Source of the DNA: a virus
Direction: 5' to 3' (one strand)
Virus record (IMG/VR): IMGVR_UViG_2910123500_000001
Coordinates: 1 to 48,939 of that record
DNA length: 48,939 bases
Shown: in pieces, positions 1 to 8,153 of the stretch
Layout of the letters: each line of letters opens with the position of its first letter
Numbering within the stretch: the first letter of the stretch is position 1
Notes under the pieces: generated by a model
What the model saw: only the letters and a program-made list of their open reading frames with translations
The model's database searches: none
Told to the model about the DNA's origin: nothing
Translations under genes and position numbers: made by a program

Positions 1-42
1 TTGTGGTTCCACCATTCGAGGGTTCGAGTCCCTTCGTTCGCC
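1..42 (+). tRNA. 3' portion of a tRNA gene that starts upstream of the window; identity not determinable
   Basis: T-arm GAGGG/TTCGAGT/CCCTT at 18-34 and acceptor 3' strand CGTTCGC at 35-41. GTGG-TT-CCAC at 3-12 looks like a long extra arm (class II). The anticodon is not in the window and no CCA is encoded. Confidence 0.55.
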
Positions 43-45
43 CTT
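1..45 (+). repeat. attL core (45-nt direct repeat)
   Basis: 45/45 identity with 48895-48939. The true repeat ends cannot be seen because the window is cut at both copies. Confidence 0.85.
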
Positions 46-67
46 ATTGCGGGTCTCTGGGCAAATG

Positions 68-89
68 GCTTGCCTAAAGCTTGCCTAAA
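68..89 (+). promoter_or_regulatory. Tandem 11-bp repeat GCTTGCCTAAA x2, candidate integrase arm-type sites
   Basis: Perfect tandem copies at 68-78 and 79-89. The same CTTG(C/A)CTAAA unit is repeated at 48760-48781, on the other side of the att core, in the same orientation. Confidence 0.55.
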
Positions 90-90
90 T

Positions 91-126
91 AGAAGCCCCC
101 AGATTTTGTGAAATCTGGGGGCTTCT
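91..126 (-). terminator. Hairpin terminator after the tail fibre gene
   Basis: Perfect 16-bp stem AGAAGCCCCCAGATTT / AAATCTGGGGGCTTCT with a 4-nt loop, 17 nt past the fibre stop codon. Confidence 0.6.
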
Positions 127-142
127 GCGTTCAAAAGCTGAG

Positions 143-1243
143 TTAGGCCAATACCTGCCCTGCCATAGTGAACCCAATAGTGTTGGCGTTGTATGTGCCG
201 TTGTTACTGCGCTCCAGTATCGTGATCGAGGTATAGCCTACTGCTGGCAAGTGGTGCAGCGTGGCGATCACGGTCAGGTCATCGGCGACGACATTGGAGC
301 TTGCACCCTGCCCGTCTACCGTGGGAGTCGAGGTGCTGTTGATGCCGAATGCCAGCACCTGGTCGCCGCTGTTTGCAAGGCCGACTGTGGTCAGTTCGAT
401 CAAGTCCTCGGATAGCCCGCAAACCACCTCAACTCGGATGTTCGGGTCATTGTTAAGTGGCCTGAACGTGCCCACTCCGTAGCTGTACACCTGGTTCCCT
501 GCCTGAACCCGCAGCTTGCGCCCCACTCGGTTTTGGGCGTTCCAGACGAAGCGCCTGCCGTCGGAGTCTTCGGACTGGCCTGCTGCTACGGTGCGGAACG
601 TACCCAGATAGCGGCGTGTAGCTGCCCCAGAGCGCACCCACACGCCATCCTGCAAGGCAAGGCCGAGGGTGCGGGTTGTGGCGTTTGTCCAGGCGTTCAC
701 GTCGATGGCTAGACTGCCTGAATTGTCATACCCGAAGACGTCGAAGACGGTGTTTGCCGTTAGTCCCGAGAGCGAGATCGACATCTGGGTAAATGTCCGG
801 GTCACCCATTCGGTGCCCGTGTAGAGCGAAATTCGGTTACCCCGAAACGGGGTGTAGAAAAGCGTCGTTGCTGCGGCAATGCCAGCGGTGGGAACAGCTA
901 CACCGTTCTGCAGGGTGAGTCTGCCTTCGGCTAGCCCGTTATCGACCCATAGCGGCACTGTAGCCCAATTGCCTACTCCAAGCCGCCGAGCCAGCCCCGT
1001 TCCGGTCAGTCCTGCTAGGGCGTCTAGGTCGAGATCCCATGCCTGCACCTCTTCGCCTATTGTCAGGCCGATGAGGCCCTGCAGCAGCGCATCAACCTGG
1101 CCCTTGAGCCATCGGGTGCGGTCTGTGAGTTGCTTGAGCTGCAGGTTAGGGGCGTTAATTTCATTGCCGCCCAGAGCGATATCATTCGCCTCAATCCGGG
1201 TGACAGCAGCCGTAAAGCTGTTGGATTCGCTTAAATCGACCAT
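143..1243 (-). CDS. Tail fibre protein
   Basis: Last gene of the baseplate operon. The N-terminus (NAPNLQLKQLTDRTRWLKGQV) resembles the conserved attachment region of P2 H-type fibres. Confidence 0.6.
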   Translation of the reverse strand: MVDLSESNSFTAAVTRIEANDIALGGNEINAPNLQLKQLTDRTRWLKGQVDALLQGLIGLTIGEEVQAWDLDLDALAGLTGTGLARRLGVGNWATVPLWVDNGLAEGRLTLQNGVAVPTAGIAAATTLFYTPFRGNRISLYTGTEWVTRTFTQMSISLSGLTANTVFDVFGYDNSGSLAIDVNAWTNATTRTLGLALQDGVWVRSGAATRRYLGTFRTVAAGQSEDSDGRRFVWNAQNRVGRKLRVQAGNQVYSYGVGTFRPLNNDPNIRVEVVCGLSEDLIELTTVGLANSGDQVLAFGINSTSTPTVDGQGASSNVVADDLTVIATLHHLPAVGYTSITILERSNNGTYNANTIGFTMAGQVLA

Positions 1244-1857
1244 CAGATATTCCTCTCTCCGTCAAAGGTTTGTGCGCCGTTGTAACCCCACAGCCCATCG
1301 TGCAGCTGCAGGTTGCTGAACAGGCTGATATTGCCAATTCGCAAATCCACAAGGGAGCTGCGGGCGTTTTTCCACTCGTTAATCAAGGCCACAATCAGTT
1401 TGATCAAATCAGCGCTAACGAGCGATTGCTGCGAGTCAAGCGTGACAACGAAAGTGCCGTAACTCACGCCTGAAAACTGCCGGGTGCCGTTGAACCTCCA
1501 ACTACCGTCGAAGCGAAGCCCCGGATTCTCGGTGATGGTGGCATTGGGATACCCCACTAGGGCCATCGCCCGCTTCACGGCATAGGGAGTGCCTGCCGTG
1601 CGGTGCAATGCGATCGCCTCCTTGATGAGCGCTCGCCGCTGCGTCTCATTCCCGGCCAGAGTCCACCCGCGGAGGCCGAGCACGTTGAACTGGTCGGCCA
1701 GGTCATACAGGGCCTCAGGCGTCACGTTGTCGATGTCGTAGACGGCCAGCACCGAGAGATCTAGCTCTGAGAGCCGGTCCAAAACGGCCTCAAACGCTAG
1801 GAAGCGCTCATCCCGAATCGCTAGTGGCAGCAGGCTAGCCGTCATTTGACCCCGCAA
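1243..1857 (-). CDS. Baseplate/tail protein, P2 gpI-like
   Basis: LLPLAIRDERFLAFEAVLDRL...TPYAVKRAM pattern. Overlaps and follows the J-like gene. Confidence 0.7.
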   Translation of the reverse strand: MRGQMTASLLPLAIRDERFLAFEAVLDRLSELDLSVLAVYDIDNVTPEALYDLADQFNVLGLRGWTLAGNETQRRALIKEAIALHRTAGTPYAVKRAMALVGYPNATITENPGLRFDGSWRFNGTRQFSGVSYGTFVVTLDSQQSLVSADLIKLIVALINEWKNARSSLVDLRIGNISLFSNLQLHDGLWGYNGAQTFDGERNI

Positions 1858-2947
1858 TGGTGATGGTGACGGCGGTGCAGTTAGCCCACTGGCTGGGAGT
1901 AATCACCAGGTCGGTGGCAGGCGTGCTGAGCGTGACCTGATAGACTCCTGCCAGACTCAGTGCAGCGATGATTTGGCTACGGATGATGTCCTGCCCTAGC
2001 TTTGCCCGCTTAGCGGTGGCAAAGGCCTGGGCTGCGGCATTGAGTTGAGCCGTGAGCGCGGTTGCATCAGCAGTGCGATACAGGGTGATGCTGGCCGTGA
2101 TGGTGTAGCCCACAGCCGTTGGAGCCAGGACACTCACCTCGTCTGTCAGCGGCCGAATTGTGTCTCCACTGAGCACCGATTGGACGGCCTGCAAAATCTC
2201 TGCGCTAGGTAGTCCTGTGCTGGTGAGCGGGTAGACCTGCACCAGCACAGGGCCGACCCCGCCTCGGTCCTCAGGCCCCAGCACAGCCACATCAACCACC
2301 GTTGGGCTAGCTGTGAGCGCCCAATACTTATAGGCCCCCTTTGAGCCAGCTACTGAAAACTGGTTGGGAGCCAGCTTAATGCGGGTACGCAGCCGCTCGT
2401 CGGTTTCGATGTCGGTGCCGCCGTTGCTGGTGGTGATGTTGGCTGCTGATACGGTGGCGATCGCATCGAGCATCTCGCTGATTTGGCCAGCGGTGAACCC
2501 ATTGCCAGCCGTGCCGGTGCTCGCGGCTTGAGCCACAACATTAACGCTGGTCCCATTGGCTGGAATTGTTGCTGCCTCGACGGTGGCAAAGCGCATCTCT
2601 GAGCCAGAAACGCCTACCCGCGTGCCCTGCGGAATCAGCAGGGAAGCAGGAGCAGCTGCTCGGCTAAAGCGCAACGTCACCCGGGCAGCTGCTGCAGGCA
2701 GTCGAATCACTCCCAGCAGTGCCCCCAGCTGATCAAGCCGGTTGTCCACGGCGTAATTGACCAGGTTTTGCTCAGCTGCGTACTGAATGCCAATGCGGGT
2801 TAGGGCCTCGCGGTAGACCAAGCCGTTGAGCAGTAGGCGCTCTGGCTGGCCTGGCAGCAGCGATTTACCCAGCGCCGCCTCAAAGGTTGCTAGGGCCTGG
2901 GCTTCAATGGTAGTCGGGTCGCGCTCAATAAAGTTTGGTTCAGCCAA
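1835..2947 (-). CDS. Baseplate wedge protein, gpJ-like
   Basis: 370 aa, positioned between the W-like and I-like genes with overlapping stop and start codons. Confidence 0.7.
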   Translation of the reverse strand: MAEPNFIERDPTTIEAQALATFEAALGKSLLPGQPERLLLNGLVYREALTRIGIQYAAEQNLVNYAVDNRLDQLGALLGVIRLPAAAARVTLRFSRAAAPASLLIPQGTRVGVSGSEMRFATVEAATIPANGTSVNVVAQAASTGTAGNGFTAGQISEMLDAIATVSAANITTSNGGTDIETDERLRTRIKLAPNQFSVAGSKGAYKYWALTASPTVVDVAVLGPEDRGGVGPVLVQVYPLTSTGLPSAEILQAVQSVLSGDTIRPLTDEVSVLAPTAVGYTITASITLYRTADATALTAQLNAAAQAFATAKRAKLGQDIIRSQIIAALSLAGVYQVTLSTPATDLVITPSQWANCTAVTITIAGSNDG

Positions 2948-3404
2948 TGGCCACCTCCGTCTGCCCTTCTACTGAGCCAATAGTCCACTGGGCGTTGATG
3001 GTCAAAGCTGCTTGGTTAGGGCGATACGGATTGACTGAAACAGACTCAAGCTCAACCCTGGGCTCCCAGGTCTCCACGGCCAGCATCGACTCACGGACCA
3101 CATGGGGCGTGGCCCGAGGTACCGGATAGTCGATGTAGAGCCAGATGTTGCTGGCGAAGTCAGGTCGGTGCGGGTCGCTGCCGTAGGGCGTGGCCAAAAT
3201 GATTTTGATTGCCTGATCCAGGTCGGTGGCATCTTGCACAATGCCGCTCCTGCCCACAGCAAAGCTCCACCAGACGGCATCGATGCCGTTGGTCGCCAGG
3301 GTCGGATCGACCTCGGCTAGCTTTCCCTGCCACCACGCTTCTAGGGCCGCAGTAGTCATCAGTTGCCCCCCAGAGCGGCGTAGACCACCCCAAACATCAA
3401 ACAC
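2940..3404 (-). CDS. Baseplate protein, gpW / T4 gp25-like
   Basis: IKIILATPYGSDPHRPDFASNIW signature typical of the GPW_gp25 family. Confidence 0.75.
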   Translation of the reverse strand: MFDVWGGLRRSGGQLMTTAALEAWWQGKLAEVDPTLATNGIDAVWWSFAVGRSGIVQDATDLDQAIKIILATPYGSDPHRPDFASNIWLYIDYPVPRATPHVVRESMLAVETWEPRVELESVSVNPYRPNQAALTINAQWTIGSVEGQTEVAIG

Positions 3405-3426
3405 AGGACGAAAATATCAAGCATCG

Positions 3427-3885
3427 CTATTGACCAGAGCTAACGATAGAGTGCCCTGCGTTGTCTGCAGCGCCGATTACGGCCATCTGCTTGCCGTTGA
3501 TCGCATTGCCGCTGCCACTGATTTTGAGTGTGCCGGTGAGGTCTACATCGCCCTTGATGACTACTTTTCCGGTGAGGATGTGCAGCTGGTTGGCGCTGCT
3601 CGCCGGCGGCGGATCAGCTTCGGAGTAACAGCCGCCCAGAATTGCCCCGCCTTCGCCTTTCTCATCAAGCAAGCAGCAGACCAGCTCACCCACTGACGGC
3701 ATCCAGTAGGCCTGATTTGCCCCAGCGCGGAACTGCAACACGGGCAGCCAGTAGCTCTCCATGCCCAGCTCGGCCACGTTGACTCGCGCCGTACATTTGG
3801 CTGAATCTATAGCGCTGATGCGGCCAAAATGAAGGCTCACAACGCCGTTGCTACTGTTGTTCTGTTTGGCTCTGTTGGCTGTCAT
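3427..3885 (-). CDS. Baseplate assembly/spike protein, gpV-like
   Basis: GRISAID...ARVNV...WLPVLQFRAG...YWMPSVGELVCCL pattern. First gene of the minus-strand baseplate operon. Confidence 0.7.
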   Translation of the reverse strand: MTANRAKQNNSSNGVVSLHFGRISAIDSAKCTARVNVAELGMESYWLPVLQFRAGANQAYWMPSVGELVCCLLDEKGEGGAILGGCYSEADPPPASSANQLHILTGKVVIKGDVDLTGTLKISGSGNAINGKQMAVIGAADNAGHSIVSSGQ

Positions 3886-3904
3886 TTGGTCCTCGGCGCG
3901 ACAG

Positions 3905-3917
3905 CCTCAGCGTTCCC
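3905..3917 (-). promoter_or_regulatory. Late-leader motif GGGAACGCTGAGG
   Basis: Minus-strand copy with a 19-nt gap between its end and the gpV ATG. Matches the motif family found before the other late operons. Confidence 0.6.
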
Positions 3918-3936
3918 AGGCGGGAAACCTGGGGGC

Positions 3937-4809
3937 ATGAATAATCTAGCGATCGCACCCCAAACCCCCGGCCATCTGGTTCCCCAGCAGGCCAGCTCCG
4001 ACGACCACCTGATTGAGCTTTGGCTGGCGGGCTTCGATTCTCCCAGCACCCGCAAAGCCTATACCAGCGCCATTAATCGGCTGCGGAAGTGGCTTGGCGC
4101 TGTGGGCCTGCGCCAGGTCACCGCCTCCGACCTGGTGGACTACCGCGATAGCTTTAAAGCCAGCTGGAGCGACGCTACCCGCAACCAGCACCTGGCGGCC
4201 ATCAAAAGCCTGTGGAGCTTCGGCTGCGACCTGTGCTACCTGCCCTTCAACGTCCCCCACGCGGTCTACAAGCTCAAAAAGCCGCGCCCGGTTACAGCAG
4301 AGCGCATTCTGACCGAGAAGGAAATGCTCAAAGCCATCCAGTTAGAGCCTGACCCAGGAGCCCAAATCTTTCTACGAATTTTGTACGGAACTGGCATCAG
4401 AGCCAGCGAGGCTATTAGCCTGCGGTGGTGCGACTTTCAGCGCCGTGGGAATCGAGTTTTTCTGCAGGTTCAAAACGGCAAAGGTGGGCAGTTTCGAGAA
4501 ATCGGCTGCCCCCCAAAACTGTACCAAGAGCTGATGGCCCGCCAAAGCCCCACGGCAAGCGGTTCTGAGCTGGTTTTTGGGGTGCCCTATATCCACGCCT
4601 ACAGGTGGGTGAAGCAGGCCCTCACCCGCATCGGCAAACCCGAGGCCTCTCCTCACTGGGCCAGGCACTGTCACGCAGTGGTCAGCCACGAGCACGGAGC
4701 AGATTGGCACTCAATCGCCCGCCAGCTGGGCCATAAGCGGGCCTCATTCACGATGGACCGCTATGGCCACTTCACCGGAAAGGCCAGCTCTGACTATATC
4801 GACTGCTAA
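3937..4809 (+). CDS. Second tyrosine recombinase (XerC/D-like)
   Basis: GIRASE, HWARHCH, LGHKRASFTMDRYGH give the R..HxxR..H..Y catalytic pattern. The ATG at 3937 was chosen because the 3829 start would overlap gpV antisense. Confidence 0.8.
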   Translation: MNNLAIAPQTPGHLVPQQASSDDHLIELWLAGFDSPSTRKAYTSAINRLRKWLGAVGLRQVTASDLVDYRDSFKASWSDATRNQHLAAIKSLWSFGCDLCYLPFNVPHAVYKLKKPRPVTAERILTEKEMLKAIQLEPDPGAQIFLRILYGTGIRASEAISLRWCDFQRRGNRVFLQVQNGKGGQFREIGCPPKLYQELMARQSPTASGSELVFGVPYIHAYRWVKQALTRIGKPEASPHWARHCHAVVSHEHGADWHSIARQLGHKRASFTMDRYGHFTGKASSDYIDC

Positions 4810-4956
4810 AACCCTGAAAGTCTTGCTATCAGAAGCTTTTAGGCTCTTTAGCCTTGATAAGATAATTACCCTTAATTATCGTTAGTTGTGCCCACGCTTG
4901 AAAGCCTTGATCGCCCATGCTACAAAGGCTTCAGCGTTTACAACTTTTGGATTCCT

Positions 4957-5280
4957 ATGAACAAGGGCGAACTCGTAGACAAAGTTTCAGAGAAGGCATC
5001 GGTCACGAAGAAGGAGGCCGATGCCATTATCAGCGCGATTATTGACTCCATCGTAGAGGCCGTTGCTGACGGCCAGAAGGTTACCCTGGTAGGCTTTGGT
5101 TCCTTCGAGCCGCGCTCTCGGGCCGAGCGAGAGGGCCGCAATCCCAAAACTGGCGACACGATGGTCATCCCAGCCAGCGTAGTACCGGCATTCTCGGCAG
5201 GTAAACTGTTCAAAGACCGACTCAAGCCGGAACCCGAGCCGGTGGCCGCCGCTCCAGCCAAGGGCAAAGGCAAAAAGTAG
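4957..5280 (+). CDS. HU/IHF-family DNA-binding protein with a Lys-rich tail
   Basis: MNKGELVDKVSE...VTLVGFGSFEPRSRAEREGRNPKTGD is a classic HU pattern. C-terminus is AAAPAKGKGKK. Confidence 0.85.
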   Translation: MNKGELVDKVSEKASVTKKEADAIISAIIDSIVEAVADGQKVTLVGFGSFEPRSRAEREGRNPKTGDTMVIPASVVPAFSAGKLFKDRLKPEPEPVAAAPAKGKGKK

Positions 5281-5310
5281 TTTCTCTCGCGTTCTTTCTG
5301 CTCTCTATTA

Positions 5311-5337
5311 CCCCGGCCCGTTGGTCGGGGTTTTTTA
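5311..5337 (+). terminator. Rho-independent terminator after the HU gene
   Basis: CCCCGGCC-cgtt-GGTCGGGG stem followed by TTTTTT. Confidence 0.7.
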
Positions 5338-5676
5338 TTGGGCCGGCAGCAGATATTTGCTTAATGCAGCCTCAACCACATCAACCAAAAAGCACCTGTC
5401 CTGCTCAGCTCTGTCCTCAATCGCCTCGACCAAGTCGGCATCGAGCTTGAATTTTTTCTCCACCTTGGGCCGATCGCCAATCTGCCGAGCAGGCTTGGCT
5501 ATGACGTAGTGAGTTATCCGGCCCTGAACGATGGTGCCTGTAACTCGATCCAGCAGCGCTGCTGTCGTGGGCTTCTTTTTAGCTAAGAAATACGCTTTTC
5601 CAAACTCATCCAGCATCACCTGGTTGGGATCTTCATCCGGGTGTGCATCAATTCTTCGCTGGCGTTTAGTGGGCAC
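5335..5676 (-). CDS. Ribbon-helix-helix (CopG-like) DNA-binding protein
   Basis: The C-terminus KFKLDADLVEAIEDRAEQDRCFLVDVVEAALSKYL fits an RHH pattern. GTG start with an AAGGAG Shine-Dalgarno sequence. Confidence 0.45.
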   Translation of the reverse strand: MPTKRQRRIDAHPDEDPNQVMLDEFGKAYFLAKKKPTTAALLDRVTGTIVQGRITHYVIAKPARQIGDRPKVEKKFKLDADLVEAIEDRAEQDRCFLVDVVEAALSKYLLPAQ

Positions 5677-5713
5677 TTTCTGTCTCCTTCAAAAGGGTTC
5701 CTATTGACACTTG

Positions 5714-5727
5714 CCTACAGGGTTCCC
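5714..5727 (-). promoter_or_regulatory. Late-leader motif GGGAACCCTGTAGG
   Basis: Minus-strand copy upstream of the 5676 GTG start. Confidence 0.45.
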
Positions 5728-5858
5728 GCACTTTTCAATGCAACAGGGGAAATCCCAAAATCCTTCCCTCAAAACCCCCTCTCAGGTTCGTAGGCTTTAG
5801 GCTTTGCCCAAAGGAGGAATCCGCGAATCTACTGATATACAACGGTTTTGGCAATTCT

Positions 5859-5872
5859 GGGCACTCTCTGGG
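5859..5872 (+). promoter_or_regulatory. Late-leader motif variant GGGCACTCTCTGGG
   Basis: Its last base is 21 nt upstream of the small terminase ATG at 5893. Confidence 0.45.
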
Positions 5873-5892
5873 ACAGCCGGAGAATAGTTAAT

Positions 5893-6504
5893 ATGCAACG
5901 CCGAACCAGTCAGAAAACCCAAGGGAAAAAAGCCTCTCAAGCTGTTATTAATAAGGGCTTTAAGCTCTTTTGTCAGCAGCAAACTTTAGCTGCGATCGCA
6001 AAGGCAACTGGCTACAGCTCTGAAACTGTCAGCAAGTGGGCCAAAGGCAAATCCCAGACCAACCCCAGCGGCGATAGGAGCGGTCCCTGGAAAGAGCGGC
6101 GCATGGAGCTGCTGCTCAAGGCCCAGACCACACCTCCCGCAGCAGCTGCCCTGGCAGTGGCCCCAGCAGCGCCCCGGCAACAGGCCGAGCGGGTTGTGCT
6201 GGAGGTGGCCAGCGAGGTGGCCAGCAGCAATGTGGTGGACTTTGGGGCTAGGCGCGATCGCAAATCAATTCTGGAGGATTGCAAGACCATCCGGCAGGAG
6301 CTGCGACGGGCGGTGGAGCGCCTGGTGGAGCACGATGACTTTCGCCCCCTAGGCAGCTGCGCCACAGCGTTTGAGAGAATCGCCCGGCTGGAGATTGAGC
6401 TGGACCCTGCCACACCGATGGAGTGGGTTCGGACGGCAGTTGAGCGGGGTTGGTCGGTGCCTGATCTGGCAGATGCGATCGTGGCCGAGCGGAGGGTTAG
6501 CTAG
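5893..6504 (+). CDS. Putative terminase small subunit
   Basis: N-terminal HTH (QQTLAAIAKATGYSSETVSKWAKG). Lies immediately upstream of the large terminase gene. Confidence 0.5.
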   Translation: MQRRTSQKTQGKKASQAVINKGFKLFCQQQTLAAIAKATGYSSETVSKWAKGKSQTNPSGDRSGPWKERRMELLLKAQTTPPAAAALAVAPAAPRQQAERVVLEVASEVASSNVVDFGARRDRKSILEDCKTIRQELRRAVERLVEHDDFRPLGSCATAFERIARLEIELDPATPMEWVRTAVERGWSVPDLADAIVAERRVS

Positions 6505-6506
6505 GT

Positions 6507-7958
6507 GTGGCCCTTTCATCGCTCAAGCAATGGCATGAGGTAGAGCAGTGGGCGCTGGCTAAGAAGCGCCAGGCCGAGGCATCAGACAAGGTGCTGACGT
6601 TCCGTGAGTTCGTCTGCCAGGTGATGCCCTCCTACCAGTGGTATCGGCACTGCGAAGTGCTGGCTGACATTCTGCAGGAGGTGGCCGACGGTAAGCGCCA
6701 CCGGCTAATGATTTTCATGCCGCCCCGGCACGGCAAAAGCCAGCTCACCTCTCGCCTCTTCCCCGCCTACTACCTCTACCGGCACCCAGAGCGCTTTGTT
6801 GGCATCAGCAGCTACGCAGCAGATTTGGCTCACGGCTTCAGCAGAATTTGTCGGGAGAATTACCGCAAGGTAGGTGGCCAAATCAAAAACGATTCTGGCC
6901 AGATTAAGCACTGGGAAACGGTCAGCGGCGGTGGCCTGTGGGCGGCAGGGGTGGGCGGCCCCATCACGGGCAAGGGCTACCACCTGGGCCTGATTGACGA
7001 CCCCTTGAAGAACCACGCCGAGGCCTTCAGCGAGACCATCCGGCGAGGGCAGAAGGAGTGGTATGAATCGACTTTCGCCACTCGTGAGGAGCCTGGCGGC
7101 GCTCAGATTGTCATCCTGACCCGATGGCATGAGGACGACCTGGCAGGCTGGCTGCTGGGCCGGGAAGTGGGCGATGACGAGGAAAGCCCGCCGGAGCACT
7201 GGCACGTCGTCAACCTACCTGCGATCGCAGAGGACGAGGCGATCAAAATCCCCGATACCTGCACCCTGGAGCCGGACTGGCGGCAGCCAGGGCAGCCGCT
7301 GTGCCCCGAGCGCTACTCGCTCTCGCGCCTAGCCAAGTTCAGGAAAAACCCCTACTTCTGGGCGGCCCTCTTCCAGCAGCGCCCCAGCCCACTGGAGGGC
7401 GACTACTTCAAGCGCGACTGGTGGCAGTTCTACCAGCAGCCCCCGGCCAAGTTCGACCGGGTGATTATCTCGGGTGACTGCGCCTTCAAAGAGACCAGCA
7501 GCAGCGACTTTGTGGTGCTCCAGGTGTGGGGCGTGGTGGGCGGCCTGTATTACCTGCTAGACCAGGTGCGAGGTCGCATGGACATCAACGCCACCCTGAC
7601 GGCGGTGCAGGCCCTCTCGGCCAAATGGCCGCAGGCCCGCGCCAAGCTGATTGAGGACAAGGCCAACGGCCCGGCGGTGATCGACCTGCTCAAGCGAAAG
7701 CTGCCAGGTATGATTCCGGTCAACCCCGAGGGCGGCAAGGTAGCGCGGGCAGTGGCTGTGAGCCCCTACGTGCAGTCGGGTAACGTGTTCCTGCCTGAGT
7801 CGGCGCGGTGGGTGCTCGACTTCATTGAGGAGTTCGCCGCCTTCCCCAATGGCTCACACGATGACCAGGTGGATGCGATGACCCAGGCGATCAACTGGCT
7901 AGAGACCGAGGCTCGCAGCCACGGCCCTGCTCAGAAGTCTGGCCGCCGCTTTGCTTAG
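6507..7958 (+). CDS. Terminase large subunit
   Basis: Walker-A-like FMPPRHGKSQ, LGLIDDP, TRWHEDDL and the C-terminal nuclease motif GSHDDQVDAMTQA. Confidence 0.85.
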   Translation: MALSSLKQWHEVEQWALAKKRQAEASDKVLTFREFVCQVMPSYQWYRHCEVLADILQEVADGKRHRLMIFMPPRHGKSQLTSRLFPAYYLYRHPERFVGISSYAADLAHGFSRICRENYRKVGGQIKNDSGQIKHWETVSGGGLWAAGVGGPITGKGYHLGLIDDPLKNHAEAFSETIRRGQKEWYESTFATREEPGGAQIVILTRWHEDDLAGWLLGREVGDDEESPPEHWHVVNLPAIAEDEAIKIPDTCTLEPDWRQPGQPLCPERYSLSRLAKFRKNPYFWAALFQQRPSPLEGDYFKRDWWQFYQQPPAKFDRVIISGDCAFKETSSSDFVVLQVWGVVGGLYYLLDQVRGRMDINATLTAVQALSAKWPQARAKLIEDKANGPAVIDLLKRKLPGMIPVNPEGGKVARAVAVSPYVQSGNVFLPESARWVLDFIEEFAAFPNGSHDDQVDAMTQAINWLETEARSHGPAQKSGRRFA

Positions 7959-8118
7959 GCGTACTACAAGCGGCCTGGGCTAGATCTGGACTAGATTTGG
8001 CCTACTGGCACATAGGTTTTGGGCGTAATCGGGCGTACTACAGAGGCCTCAACCCCGCATTCTCGCGTTGATTAGTTGCCTATACAGCAGCTAGTCACGG
8101 CTGGGAGATTACCCACTA

Positions 8119-8131
8119 GGGAACTCTGAGG
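8119..8131 (+). promoter_or_regulatory. Late-leader motif GGGAACTCTGAGG
   Basis: A 22-nt gap separates its end from the portal ATG. A second, shorter copy GGGCACCTGAG overlaps at 8130-8140. Confidence 0.6.
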
Positions 8132-8153
8132 GCACCTGAGCCGCAGCCCTGCC

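Noticed and set aside
1-45. att core as the tmRNA (ssrA) 3' end.
   Set aside because: The acceptor strand CGTTCGC does not match the tmRNA-type ...CAGCTCCACCA end, and no CCA is encoded. A tRNA with a long extra arm fits better.
143-1243. A diversity-generating retroelement or invertible shufflon acting on the tail fibre.
   Set aside because: No reverse transcriptase gene, no template-repeat duplicate of the fibre 3' end, and no serine invertase were seen. Only the unrelated Xer-like recombinase is nearby.
3829-3936. Upstream start (3829) for the Xer-like recombinase. Likewise 28136 for the EAL gene, 4888 for HU and 39527 for the primase-helicase.
   Set aside because: The extensions overlap neighbouring genes or consist of non-protein-like sequence. 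Internal ATGs with better context (3937, 28259, 4957, 39644) give complete domains.
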